Notes: generated from the letters alone by a model not told the origin. A DNA stretch of 21,768 bases from Candidatus Micrarchaeota archaeon (GCA_964579265.1 CAZOFO010000010.1:1-21768), one strand, 5' to 3'; positions 1 through 8,669 are shown, counted from the stretch's first letter. Numbers and translations are program-made.

Positions 1-116
1 TATAGATCTGCTGCGGATTGACTTGCAGGGGATCTTGTAACTAAGAAATCGTTTTCTTCAAATATTTTTTTGGATCTGTACTCGAATTGATATCCTTTCT
101 TGTAGTTATCTCCCAT
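1..116 (-). CDS. hjc: Holliday junction resolvase Hjc, 5' part (runs off the left edge of the window)
   Basis: Not in the ORF track. Manual translation of the minus strand from ATG at 116 gives MGDNYKKGYQFEYRSKKIFEENDFLVTRSPASQSAADL, matching the Hjc N-terminus (Y.KG..FE...L...GF.V.R...S....D). An RBS-like AAGTGAT lies just upstream. Confidence 0.8.
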   Translation of the reverse strand, partial: MGDNYKKGYQFEYRSKKIFEENDFLVTRSPASQSAADL

Positions 117-133
117 TTTATCACTTTATTTCT

Positions 134-484
134 TTATTTTACGGTTTTAAGATTACCTGTGTATTTATCTAGTTTTTCTTCCTCCCATGGGCCAATTCCG
201 AGGGTGGTCCAGGTACCTGGCTCTAGTTCAGTATAGCCAGCGTCCTTTATGCTAGCTTTAGGTATTTTTTTAGGTATTTCTCTTTCTATTTCTTTCATTT
301 CTTCTTTGTTTTCAACCCATAAGATTATTTTTTTTCCTCCTTGATCTATCCAGTCGCTAGTTTTTCTAGGATTTTGTTTTTTTGACTTTCTATATGCTTT
401 TAACGAAGCATGGCATGCTTGTGCAGCTAGCTTTCCTTTGCTAAGTTCCAGGTCTTTCCTGATCAATATCACTTGTTTCAACAT
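134..484 (-). CDS. pth2: Peptidyl-tRNA hydrolase, Pth2 type
   Basis: 116 aa with KQVILIRKDL, KGKLAAQACHA, W..QG.KKI and DAGYTELEPGT..T.LGIGP motifs typical of Pth2. Confidence 0.95.
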   Translation of the reverse strand: MLKQVILIRKDLELSKGKLAAQACHASLKAYRKSKKQNPRKTSDWIDQGGKKIILWVENKEEMKEIEREIPKKIPKASIKDAGYTELEPGTWTTLGIGPWEEEKLDKYTGNLKTVK

Positions 485-580
485 ACTAAAGATAACACAT
501 CCTAGGTTTTTAACTTTACTAGATTTCGCTCATTGGTTTCTTGGGATAGAGTTTTATCCTTCAATCTGAATAAAATATAT

Positions 581-1567
581 ATGGAGAAGGAGATAAAAAA
601 ACTTTCCAGCGACCTAGAAAATGAAAGAAAAAAGCTTGAAGAAAAAGCTGAAGAACTAAAACAAAGAGAGGATTTAGCTAAAGATATAGGAGGAGAGGAA
701 TTAACTCTAAAGGTAGCTGGAGTGGATGGCGGGATTACAAGAAAAAATCTACAGGGTATAGAGATAGTTGTAACTAGGGCATGTCTAGTAAGCATGGAGT
801 ATAGAGAAGGAAAACTTCAAGAACACAGGTATTTCCCTGATCCTGATCCAGAACCAACTTTAGACTACTATAGGCCTGAAAGAGAAACCAAGAGACCACA
901 ACTCCATAGAATGGAGAAAGAAATAGAAACTGCTCTTAATTACATTAAAAAAGAACCTAAGATAGATATCTTATTAATAGACGGGTCAATAGTACCGAAT
1001 CCCAGTGATAAACCAAAAGAAGACTCGAAAGAAAAAGAAAAATACCTTGGAGTGAAGGATAAGTATGAAGAGTTGTTTGAAAGAGTTTTGGAACAAGGAA
1101 TACAGTTAGTAGGCGCAATAGAAGATAGTAAATCCCGTAAAATATCGAGAAAAACAGGGGTTAATTCTCTAGATAATCTTTTACTTCACCAGGTGCTTGA
1201 AGAAGGTCAGAGAACAACGGAGTTCAATTATTCAGATGAACCAGGTAACCATCCTGTTCTAAGTGATTTTTCAGCTGAAAAAAGAAATAAAATAAAAGCA
1301 ATGTACATAAAACCGGTTAAAGAAGACACTCCTCTACGATTAGAATATCTAGAAGGAAGAATGAATCCTGATAAGATAGCTTCTTATCTAGAATCAATTT
1401 CAAAGATATCAAGGAACTACAGCTACCCTGTACCTTTGATAGAAGCGGACTTACACGCAAAACTAACCGAAAAACAGAAAGACTTAATCACCCAACAAAT
1501 AAGGAATCAAGTAGGTGAATTACCTTCGCTCAAGGAAAAAAGGAGAAATCAAAGACTATTTAAATAA
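581..1567 (+). CDS. nurA: DNA double-strand break repair nuclease NurA
   Basis: VAGVDGG, ILLIDGSI and C-terminal YPVPLIEADLHAK motifs; directly upstream of herA. The ORF is open from a TTG at 533, but ATG at 581 is preferred because a TTTTAT box lies about 25-30 nt before it. Confidence 0.9.
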   Translation: MEKEIKKLSSDLENERKKLEEKAEELKQREDLAKDIGGEELTLKVAGVDGGITRKNLQGIEIVVTRACLVSMEYREGKLQEHRYFPDPDPEPTLDYYRPERETKRPQLHRMEKEIETALNYIKKEPKIDILLIDGSIVPNPSDKPKEDSKEKEKYLGVKDKYEELFERVLEQGIQLVGAIEDSKSRKISRKTGVNSLDNLLLHQVLEEGQRTTEFNYSDEPGNHPVLSDFSAEKRNKIKAMYIKPVKEDTPLRLEYLEGRMNPDKIASYLESISKISRNYSYPVPLIEADLHAKLTEKQKDLITQQIRNQVGELPSLKEKRRNQRLFK

Positions 1568-1615
1568 ATAGCTATGACAAAAAATACTAATAAGATAAAT
1601 CAAAAAAGTGAGAAA

Positions 1616-3112
1616 ATGACACTTGGAAAAATAATCGCAACTGAAGAAACACCAACACCAACTAAAGTACATTTTGTAACTGACAAAGATCTCGTTGATA
1701 AAGATCAATACATCAAATTCAATTCTTCACAAGGAAAAGTAATAGGGAGGATAGAAGATCTACATAAAACGAATAGATACTTCGATTCACCAGAATCAAT
1801 CACACAGATAGAAAAAACAGGTATAGAAGTAACTGATAAGTTCCCAACTGAAGAATGGGAACATACAGTAGGAGAAGTAAAAGCTCTAGGCATATACAAG
1901 GAAAATAAAATAGAAAGACCTACAAAGCCACCAGCACCAGGTACAGAAGTGAAGGAACCAAAAAAAGAAGTCCTAAGAGATTTTCTAGGATTGGAAAAAC
2001 CAGGAGAAGGACTTGAAATAGGAGAACTACAGCATCATGGTATAACTAGCGAACTTAGTTTAACTGATCTTTTCCAAAAACACCTCGCCGTACTAGCGCA
2101 AACAGGAGCTGGAAAGACCTATACGGTGTCTGTATTAATGGAAGAACTACTTGAAAGACAACCTGAAGAAGGTAGAATAGCTTCAATAGTGATAGATGTA
2201 CATGGAGAATACAGAAGCCTGGCACAATCCGAAAGATATAAAAATAAAGTGAAAATAGTAAATGGAAAAGACTTCAATATACCGGTAAGATCATTAGATG
2301 TATCTGACTTCAAAAAATTCCTGCCAGGGATGAGAAAACCACAAGAAAGAGAACTTTCCTCTGTCATAGAAAAATTAAGATACAGGGACGAACCTTATGA
2401 AATAGAAGACATAATCAAAATGATTTCAAAAGATGATGATATACACGAAGAAGTACAGAGAGTTCTACCTAGGTGGCTCAACAAAATAAAAGGAGATTTA
2501 TTCAGCAAAACAGGATCAAGCGTGAGAAACCTTGTAAAACCAGGTCAACTCACTGTCTTGGATCTGAGCGATTTAATAAAATCTAAAAAAAGAGGGATGA
2601 TAACTTCCTACATAGCCGAAAGGCTATTCAACGCTAGAAGAAAAGAAAAAGTACCCCCATTTGTTCTTTTTGTAGAGGAAGCACATAATTTTGCTAAAGA
2701 AGGTGTGGAAAAAGAAGAAAACATACCAAAAGGGATAATAGAAACAATATCAAGGGAAGGAAGAAAATTCGGAGCCTCAATATGCTTGGTAAGCCAAAGA
2801 CCAATGAAACTATCTACAACAGCTCTAAGCCAATGTAATACTCAATTAATAATGAGAATAACTAATCCAAATGACCTAGACCACATAACAAAAACTAGTG
2901 AAGGAATAGATGAAAAATCCAGAGATTCGATCACTACACTACGTGTAGGAGAGTCACTACTATTAGGTGAAGCTGTTAACCATCCGGTATTCCTTAATAT
3001 AAGAAAAAGATATTCAGAAGAAGCTGAACTAGGGGAAAATCTAGAAGAGCAAGCTAAGAAATATGAAGAAGAGATAAATAAAAGGAGTAAAGATGCAGAA
3101 GCGTTTATGTAA
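1616..3112 (+). CDS. herA: HerA-family DNA helicase/ATPase
   Basis: N-terminal HAS-barrel-like region, Walker A HLAVLAQTGAGKT, IDVHGEY, Walker B FVEEAHNFA, REGRKFG and SQRP. ATG 1616 follows AAGTGAG; an alternative in-frame ATG lies at 1574. Confidence 0.93.
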   Translation: MTLGKIIATEETPTPTKVHFVTDKDLVDKDQYIKFNSSQGKVIGRIEDLHKTNRYFDSPESITQIEKTGIEVTDKFPTEEWEHTVGEVKALGIYKENKIERPTKPPAPGTEVKEPKKEVLRDFLGLEKPGEGLEIGELQHHGITSELSLTDLFQKHLAVLAQTGAGKTYTVSVLMEELLERQPEEGRIASIVIDVHGEYRSLAQSERYKNKVKIVNGKDFNIPVRSLDVSDFKKFLPGMRKPQERELSSVIEKLRYRDEPYEIEDIIKMISKDDDIHEEVQRVLPRWLNKIKGDLFSKTGSSVRNLVKPGQLTVLDLSDLIKSKKRGMITSYIAERLFNARRKEKVPPFVLFVEEAHNFAKEGVEKEENIPKGIIETISREGRKFGASICLVSQRPMKLSTTALSQCNTQLIMRITNPNDLDHITKTSEGIDEKSRDSITTLRVGESLLLGEAVNHPVFLNIRKRYSEEAELGENLEEQAKKYEEEINKRSKDAEAFM

Positions 3113-3136
3113 ATGCTTTTCAAACTTCTCTAATAA

Positions 3137-3148
3137 CCTTTATAAAGG
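3137..3148 (+). promoter_or_regulatory. Candidate TATA box of the half-TBP gene (perfect palindrome CCTTTATAAAGG)
   Basis: TTTATAAA archaeal TATA consensus about 50 nt upstream of ATG 3193, with RBS AGGTGAT just before that ATG. Confidence 0.55.
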
Positions 3149-3192
3149 ACGGGATAGGAAAAATAACTAACTGCTTTTAAACAGGTGATAAA

Positions 3193-3468
3193 ATGACTGA
3201 TGGAATAGATTATCAAATAGTTAACTTAGTAGCTTCGGCTGACTTAAACCAAGAACTTGATCTGTACGGGATAGCAATGGAGGTTGAGAATGTTGAATAC
3301 GAACCTGAACAATTCCCAGGTGCTATTCTAAAATTAAGAGACATTGGAACAACCTTATTGCTGTTCAAGACAGGAAGAATAATATGTACAGGTGGAGAAG
3401 AAGAAGAAGACGTTAAAAAATCAATGGAAAAAGTAGAAGACCTTATAAAGGATTACACCAGAGATTAA
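3193..3468 (+). CDS. tbp: TATA-box-binding protein family protein with only one TBP repeat (91 aa)
   Basis: IVNLVASADL, YEPEQFPGA and LLLFKTGRIICTGG each occur once; canonical TBP has two such repeats (about 180 aa). Strong RBS AGGTGAT and a normal stop codon. Confidence 0.9.
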   Translation: MTDGIDYQIVNLVASADLNQELDLYGIAMEVENVEYEPEQFPGAILKLRDIGTTLLLFKTGRIICTGGEEEEDVKKSMEKVEDLIKDYTRD

Positions 3469-3536
3469 TCCTTACTGGTCTTCAAATCCCTTCTTTTTCT
3501 AAAACTAAAAACCTATTATGTAAGAGGTGAAGAAGA

Positions 3537-3731
3537 ATGCTTACAAGATACGAAAAAACAAGAGTAATATCCGCTAGAGCACTTCAGATCTCAATGGGTG
3601 CTCCCATTCTAACGGAAACCAATAAAGAAAGATCTATAGATATAGCTAGAGAAGAATTTGAAAGTAAAGTACTGCCTATATCCGTGGTAAGGGAATATCC
3701 TAGCGGTGAAAAGGAAGTAGTTAAAGCTTAA
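3537..3731 (+). CDS. rpoK: DNA-directed RNA polymerase subunit K (Rpo6/omega homolog)
   Basis: [22 protein letters not shown] and IAREE....LPISV.R.YP motifs; RBS GAGGTGA. Confidence 0.96.
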   Translation: MLTRYEKTRVISARALQISMGAPILTETNKERSIDIAREEFESKVLPISVVREYPSGEKEVVKA

Positions 3732-3757
3732 TAGAGAATAAGTATAAAGGTGATTTA

Positions 3758-3958
3758 ATGGGTCAACAAAGAACTAGAGTTGTGAAGAGACAGGCGAAAA
3801 AGATTTATGAGAAGATTCCTGAAGAGTTTTCAACTGATTTTCAGGAAAACAAGGAGAAACTCAAGGAGCTTGATCTCCCGATTAGCAAGGTAAATAGGAA
3901 TATAATAGCAGGTTATATCATAAAACTGGTTGAAGAAGGAAATAAGGAGAATACCTAG
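3758..3958 (+). CDS. rps17e: 30S ribosomal protein S17e
   Basis: MG..RT..VKR.A, FSTDFQENK and SK..RNIIAGYI motifs; RBS AGGTGAT. Confidence 0.93.
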   Translation: MGQQRTRVVKRQAKKIYEKIPEEFSTDFQENKEKLKELDLPISKVNRNIIAGYIIKLVEEGNKENT

Positions 3959-3965
3959 TTTTAAT

Positions 3966-6281
3966 TCAGTTTTTCTGAAGAGTTACATTTGTAGGTTCGT
4001 TCTCTTCTTTATTCCTGGTTAGTCTATAGAATCCTTCCGGAGCGCTTTTCTTCATCTTTGGATCATGGGTTATTATGAATATTTGATCAACTATTTCTGG
4101 CAGATAGTTATGTATTGTTTCTGCTAAATCCTCTACTGCGGTCTGATCTAGGTTATGAGTTGGTTCATCTAAAATTATCCAGGATAGGTTACCTGCTAAC
4201 ACCAGAGATAGAGATATCCTTAAACATAAACTTGCTGTACTTCTTTCCCCTCCTGAGGTCTCTCCTTCTACATTTATCCATTCTCCTTCCTTCTCTTTTA
4301 CTTGAAGTATATAATCTCCATCTTCATTTATACCTATTTTAAGACTGGTGTAGTTCCTGTAGGGATATATCTTTTTCCAAACTGTTTCCAATGCATTGTT
4401 TGTTTCTTTTGTAAATTCTTCTCTTAGATGGTTCTGTATTCTTTTTAAAGAAATTTTCAATTCAGTTAGGTCTTTTATCTGGTTTTCTATATATTCTGAT
4501 TCTTTTTCTGCTTTTTTAGCTTTCTTTTTCTTTTCTTTTAGTTCTTTTAGTCTTTTTTCTTTCTCTTTTCTAAGCTCTCTAGTGTTTTTTATTTTTTCAG
4601 TTAGTAGACTTATTTGTTTTTCTTTTTCTTTTATTTTCTCGTAGATTTTTTTCATTTCTTTTTCATCGAATTCGAGTTCTTCTTTCTTTTTTCTAAGTTT
4701 TTTGAGTTTTTTCTCGTTCTTTTCTTTTTTCTCTTTCTTTTCTATGTATTTTAATTTTTTCTCTTGCTTTTCTATCTGTTTTTGAAGTTTTTCTTCGCCT
4801 TTCTTTATTTTTATATCCTTTTTATTCTTTTTAAGTTCATTTTTCTCTTTTTTATTTTCCTTTATTTTCTTTTTTATTCCTTTTATTTCTTCTTTTTTCC
4901 ATTTTTTCTCTTTTAATCTTTCTTTTTCTTTTTCTATTTTTTCTTTTTCCTTTATATGTTTTTTTATTCTTTTTTGAGTTTTATTTTTTTCTTTTTTCTT
5001 ATCTTCAATCTTTTTTTCTATTTTATTTATTTTTCTTTCTTTTTCTTTTATTATCTCTTCCTTCTTTCCTTTGGTTAAGTCTCTTTCACATACAGGGCAT
5101 TTTGCTTCTTCTTTTTTGAGTTTTTCCAAGTGTTCTTTTTCTTCTTTTTTGTTCTTTTTAGCTTGTTTTATTTCTGCGTTTAGTTGGTTTTTACGCTCTT
5201 TTTGTTTTTCAATCTTTTTTTCTTTGTTTTTAAGTTTCTTTTCTGCTTCTTCAGATGTTTTTGAGCTTGTTTTTTCGTTTATTTTGTTTATTTGTTTATT
5301 TTTTTCTTTTTTTTCTTTTTTTTGTTTATTTATTGTTTTTTGAATTGATTTTATCTTTGTTTTGATTTTGTTGAGTTTTTCTTTCTTTTTTCTAGTTTCT
5401 TTTTTCTTCTCTTTTGTTTCCTTTATTTTTTTCTCGAGTTTTTCTTTGTCTTTTTCTGTTTCGGGAAGTTCTTCTAGTTCTTCTTCAAGGTATTCTATCT
5501 GGTTTTCTATTTTATTTATTTCTTTTTTTATCTTTTCATGTTTCTTCTTTTTTTCTTCTAATTCTTTATATTTCTTTTTTTCCTTTTTTATCTCTTCTTT
5601 TTTCTTCTTCTTTTTTTCAGCATTTGTTTTTTCTTCCTTTTTTTGTTTTTTTATCTTTTTTTCTAGTTTTGGTATTTCTTCTATTTCTTTTGCTTGTTCT
5701 GCTTGTTTTTTCTTTTCTTTTTGCTTGTTTTCGAGTATGTTTAATGTAGTGGTGAGGTTTTTTCTAGCGTTTTCCCATTTATCTAGATCAAGTAATTTGT
5801 CTATTTTTTCTTTTCTTTTTCCTTTTGGTATTTCTAAGAAGTAGTCCATTTCATCCTGTTCTGCGTATACTGCTTTTGCGAATAGATCGTAGTCCATGTC
5901 GAGTATTTCTTCTATTACTTCGTTTACTTTCTGGGTGCTTGGTCCTTCTATCAATTTTTCTTTTTTCCTTAGTTCTGCTTTTTTTGTTCCTTTTCCTTTT
6001 TCTATTACTCTTTTTACCGTATATTTTTCTCCGTTTGCTTTGAATGTTAATTTTACTTTTGCTTCTTGTTTTTGTACTGGTTTTTTCATTATTGTTTCGT
6101 CTAGCGTTATTTCTCTTGCTCTTAGTGAGGGATAAGTTCCAAATAGAGCGTAGGTTATTCCTTCTAGCATTGAGGTTTTTCCTGAACCCATGTCTCCTAC
6201 TATAGCGTTTGTTCCTTTTCTGAAGTTTATTTCTGTGTCTTCGTGACTCTTCCAGTTTTTTAGAACTAGTTTTTTCAGCAT
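3966..6281 (-). CDS. rad50: DNA double-strand break repair ATPase Rad50
   Basis: Walker A GDMGSGKTS, Q-loop VYAEQ, long Lys/Glu coiled coils with a central zinc hook CPVC, signature SGGE, Walker B ILDEPT and H-loop IITHD. Confidence 0.92.
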   Translation of the reverse strand: MLKKLVLKNWKSHEDTEINFRKGTNAIVGDMGSGKTSMLEGITYALFGTYPSLRAREITLDETIMKKPVQKQEAKVKLTFKANGEKYTVKRVIEKGKGTKKAELRKKEKLIEGPSTQKVNEVIEEILDMDYDLFAKAVYAEQDEMDYFLEIPKGKRKEKIDKLLDLDKWENARKNLTTTLNILENKQKEKKKQAEQAKEIEEIPKLEKKIKKQKKEEKTNAEKKKKKKEEIKKEKKKYKELEEKKKKHEKIKKEINKIENQIEYLEEELEELPETEKDKEKLEKKIKETKEKKKETRKKKEKLNKIKTKIKSIQKTINKQKKEKKEKNKQINKINEKTSSKTSEEAEKKLKNKEKKIEKQKERKNQLNAEIKQAKKNKKEEKEHLEKLKKEEAKCPVCERDLTKGKKEEIIKEKERKINKIEKKIEDKKKEKNKTQKRIKKHIKEKEKIEKEKERLKEKKWKKEEIKGIKKKIKENKKEKNELKKNKKDIKIKKGEEKLQKQIEKQEKKLKYIEKKEKKEKNEKKLKKLRKKKEELEFDEKEMKKIYEKIKEKEKQISLLTEKIKNTRELRKEKEKRLKELKEKKKKAKKAEKESEYIENQIKDLTELKISLKRIQNHLREEFTKETNNALETVWKKIYPYRNYTSLKIGINEDGDYILQVKEKEGEWINVEGETSGGERSTASLCLRISLSLVLAGNLSWIILDEPTHNLDQTAVEDLAETIHNYLPEIVDQIFIITHDPKMKKSAPEGFYRLTRNKEENEPTNVTLQKN

Positions 6282-6321
6282 GTCTATACTTGGTTTTTCG
6301 AGAAATAAATTTATGGTTTTT

Positions 6322-7239
6322 CTACTCTATTTTATCTAGGTCTATATTTTCTTTGAGTTCTCTGTATCTGTTTCTTATGGTTACTTCTGTTACGTTTGCT
6401 GCTTCTGATACTTCTTTTTGTGTTTTTTTCTCCCCTTCCATTTTGGCTGATAGGTATAGTGCTGCGGCTGCTGCTCCTGTTGGGCCTTTTCCTGATATTA
6501 GTTTCTGTTTTTTGGCTTCTTCTAGTATTTTTTTTGCTCTTTCTTGGATTTTTCCGGATAGGTCTAGTTTTGCTCCGTATTTTGGAACGAAGTTAACTGG
6601 GTCTGGTAGGGGTACTTCTATATCCATTTCTTCTTTTAGCATTCTGTATGTTCTTCCTATTGCTTTTTCACTTGCTCCTGATCCTGCGTATTCGGATAGT
6701 TCTTTGAGTGTTCTTGGTATTCCTCTTTTTCTACATACTATGTAAAGTGTTGCGACCAGTACTTCTTCTATTACTCTTCCTTTTACTAGTCCTTTGTCCA
6801 GTATTTTTCTGTATAGAAGTGCTGTTTCTTCTTGCACGCTTTTTGGAAGCCTTAATGAGGATATCATTCTTTTTAGTTGCCCTAGTGCTACGTTTAGGTT
6901 TCTTGCTTTTGAATCTGTATATATTAGTTTTCTATGCCATCTTCTCAGTCCGCTTATTCTGTCTCTTGTTTTCATTTTTAGTTTTGTTCCTCTTGCATCT
7001 CTATTGAATTGGTCTATTTCTGTAGATAGGTTTTTATCTATTCTCGAGTGATTTAGAGGAGATCCTGTTCTCTTTTTTTGTTCTTTTTCTTCTGCTGTGA
7101 AGGCTCTCCATTCAGGTCCTCTGTCTATTACTTTGTCGTCTAGTACTAGTCCGCATTCTCTACAAGATATCTCTCCTTTTTCGTAGTCTTTTTCAAGGTT
7201 TTTAGATTCACATTCTGGGCATTTTGGTTTTTCTCTCAT
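6322..7239 (-). CDS. tfb: Transcription initiation factor IIB (TFB)
   Basis: Zn ribbon CPEC...CRECG, B-reader GPEWRAF, and two cyclin repeats ending VTEVTIRNRYREL. Confidence 0.97.
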   Translation of the reverse strand: MREKPKCPECESKNLEKDYEKGEISCRECGLVLDDKVIDRGPEWRAFTAEEKEQKKRTGSPLNHSRIDKNLSTEIDQFNRDARGTKLKMKTRDRISGLRRWHRKLIYTDSKARNLNVALGQLKRMISSLRLPKSVQEETALLYRKILDKGLVKGRVIEEVLVATLYIVCRKRGIPRTLKELSEYAGSGASEKAIGRTYRMLKEEMDIEVPLPDPVNFVPKYGAKLDLSGKIQERAKKILEEAKKQKLISGKGPTGAAAAALYLSAKMEGEKKTQKEVSEAANVTEVTIRNRYRELKENIDLDKIE

Positions 7240-7298
7240 GTTAACATCCTCTTTTTTGTATTATTTTTAGAATTTTGTTTTTATGTTCTTTTGAGTCA

Positions 7299-7314
7299 TT
7301 ATAAGCTGTTTTTT
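7299..7314 (-). promoter_or_regulatory. Candidate BRE-TATA of tfb (minus strand AAAAAACAG-CTTATAA)
   Basis: A-rich BRE-like run followed by CTTATAA about 60 nt upstream of the tfb ATG, which is preceded by RBS-like GAGG. Confidence 0.4.
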
Positions 7315-7487
7315 AGGTTTTATTTTTTTTTAGAAAAGCTTTTGGGTTTCAGGAATCGGTCTCCGTGGATAAAGAAATGTCTTTCCGTTTGAAGTTTCTC
7401 ATATAATTAGTGAAGACCTAATATTAATTGCGAACTCAGGCTTTAAATACTTTTGGATATATAAGTGGTTTTTTAAATAACATTGCG

Positions 7488-7500
7488 GAAAAGTTAAATA
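7488..7500 (+). promoter_or_regulatory. Candidate BRE-TATA of the Mut7-C gene (GAAAAG-TTAAATA)
   Basis: Matches the archaeal BRE/TATA layout about 30 nt before ATG 7529, implying a near-leaderless transcript. Confidence 0.5.
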
Positions 7501-7528
7501 TTTTTTTGCACTTTTTAAAATAGGGGTT

Positions 7529-7945
7529 ATGATCTTGAGGTTTCTATGTGATGTGATGTTAGGGAAACTCGGTAGCTGGCTCAGGATATTTGGTCAAGAT
7601 ACTGGAATAGTTTCTGATAAATTGGATGATCGGGAAATATTAGAAAAAGCAAAAAGAGAGGATAGAGTAGTTTTGACCAGGGATAAAGACCTTAAAAAAA
7701 TTAATTCTTCTGTTGAAGTCTTTTTAATCCGTTCAAAAGATTTTGAAGATCAAATTAGAAAAGTATTTAATAAATTTGATATAGAACCGGGTTTTCCTGA
7801 ATCATCTAGATGTTCACATTGTAATGGTGAATTGAAATCAGTTGGTAAAGATGAATGGATTTGTAAAAACTGTAGTCACGAGTACTGGAAGGGAAGTCAC
7901 TGGAAAAGAATAAAAAAACTTCAAAGAGAGCTTAAAAATCTTTGA
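7529..7945 (+). CDS. Mut7-C RNase domain protein (PIN-like fold with Zn ribbon, DUF82)
   Basis: RFLCDVMLGKLGSWLRIFGQDT, RVVLTRD, SRCSHCNGEL and C..C...YWKGSHW motifs. Confidence 0.92.
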   Translation: MILRFLCDVMLGKLGSWLRIFGQDTGIVSDKLDDREILEKAKREDRVVLTRDKDLKKINSSVEVFLIRSKDFEDQIRKVFNKFDIEPGFPESSRCSHCNGELKSVGKDEWICKNCSHEYWKGSHWKRIKKLQRELKNL

Positions 7946-7965
7946 AATTGTTTTTCTCTATTATC

Positions 7966-8220
7966 TCAAGAGATCAAAGTAGCTTCTCCTTGTTCTATGT
8001 TTCTGTACCCTTCAATCTTTTCTTCTAGTTCTTCCTGTACTCTATCTGGATCATCGTCATCATCTATGAGTGCTCCTGCTTTCACTATCTCTAATCCGAA
8101 TGCTACTGGTTCTTTCTTAGCGCTCTTTATATCTTTCATTTCATCTAGTTGATCCATTATTTCTCCAGCTTCTTTTTCTTCTTTTGGATATATCTTATAA
8201 ACAACCATTACTTTTCCCAT
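7966..8220 (-). CDS. ef1b: Translation elongation factor 1-beta
   Basis: MGKVMVVYKIYP and EPVAFGL motifs, 84 aa; lies downstream of the zinc-finger gene, an arrangement common in archaea; RBS GGAGG. Confidence 0.9.
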   Translation of the reverse strand: MGKVMVVYKIYPKEEKEAGEIMDQLDEMKDIKSAKKEPVAFGLEIVKAGALIDDDDDPDRVQEELEEKIEGYRNIEQGEATLIS

Positions 8221-8250
8221 GTTTAATTCCTCCTTTTTTATTTTTGTTTG

Positions 8251-8406
8251 TTAAGGTCCTTGAAAACCACATTCTGAACATCTGTATTTACTGCTTTTGC
8301 TTCTACATCTGTTGCATCTTCTTATCTTTTCTTCTCCGCATTCTGGGCATTTGAATTCTACATAGTCATCTGTAACTTCTTTTCCGCATGATGTGCATTC
8401 TAGCAT
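8251..8406 (-). CDS. Small double zinc-finger protein (HVO_2753/DUF1610 type)
   Basis: CTSCG...FKCPECG...IRRCNRCR....YRCSECGFQGP, four CxxC motifs. The likely start is M28 of the tracked ORF (ATG 8406), giving 51 aa. Confidence 0.88.
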   Translation of the reverse strand: MLECTSCGKEVTDDYVEFKCPECGEEKIRRCNRCRSKSSKYRCSECGFQGP

Positions 8407-8525
8407 GTTTATCATCTCTCTTAATTTTTTCAAAATTATGTGTTCTTGCTTGGTTAAACTATTTTTTATCCTGGAGTATATAAACATAAGTCAAGAAGAT
8501 CCTTTAATCTGCTTTATCTTCAATT

Positions 8526-8598
8526 GCTCTCATGATCTAGCGGACTAGGATGCACTCTTGCGGAGGGTGATGCCGGGGTTCAAATCCCCGTGAGAGCG
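8526..8598 (+). tRNA. tRNA-Arg (anticodon GCG), intronless, CCA not encoded
   Basis: Folded by hand: acceptor GCTCTCA/TGAGAGC, D stem ATCT/GGAT, anticodon stem CACTC/GGGTG with loop TT-GCG-GA (anticodon 8560-8562), T arm CGGGG-TTCAAAT-CCCCG, discriminator G8598. Confidence 0.95.
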
Positions 8599-8669
8599 TC
8601 AAGCTGAATGATTATATTAAGAAAATTATTCCATTAAATATTTAATGCTCTGGAGTTTAATTGATAATA

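Noticed and set aside
3113..3536. Half-TBP as a frameshifted pseudogene of a normal two-repeat TBP
   Set aside because: The flanking gaps are too short for a second repeat and show no TBP-like remnant; promoter, RBS and key residues are intact.
4115..7051. Many Phe/Leu/Ser-rich plus-strand ORFs that look like membrane proteins
   Set aside because: They are antisense shadows of the Lys/Glu-rich rad50 and tfb genes. The same applies to the short antisense or alternate-frame ORFs over nurA, herA and the genes from 8.6 kb onward.
7349..7402. Possible C/D box sRNA on the minus strand (ATGAGAA ... CTGA, 54 nt)
   Set aside because: The C box is a poor match and no convincing internal D'/C' boxes or guide target could be identified.
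8407..8487. 27-aa N-terminal extension of the zinc-finger ORF
   Set aside because: The family starts just before the first CxxC, and the extension overlaps a likely promoter (minus-strand TTTATATA near 8477-8484).
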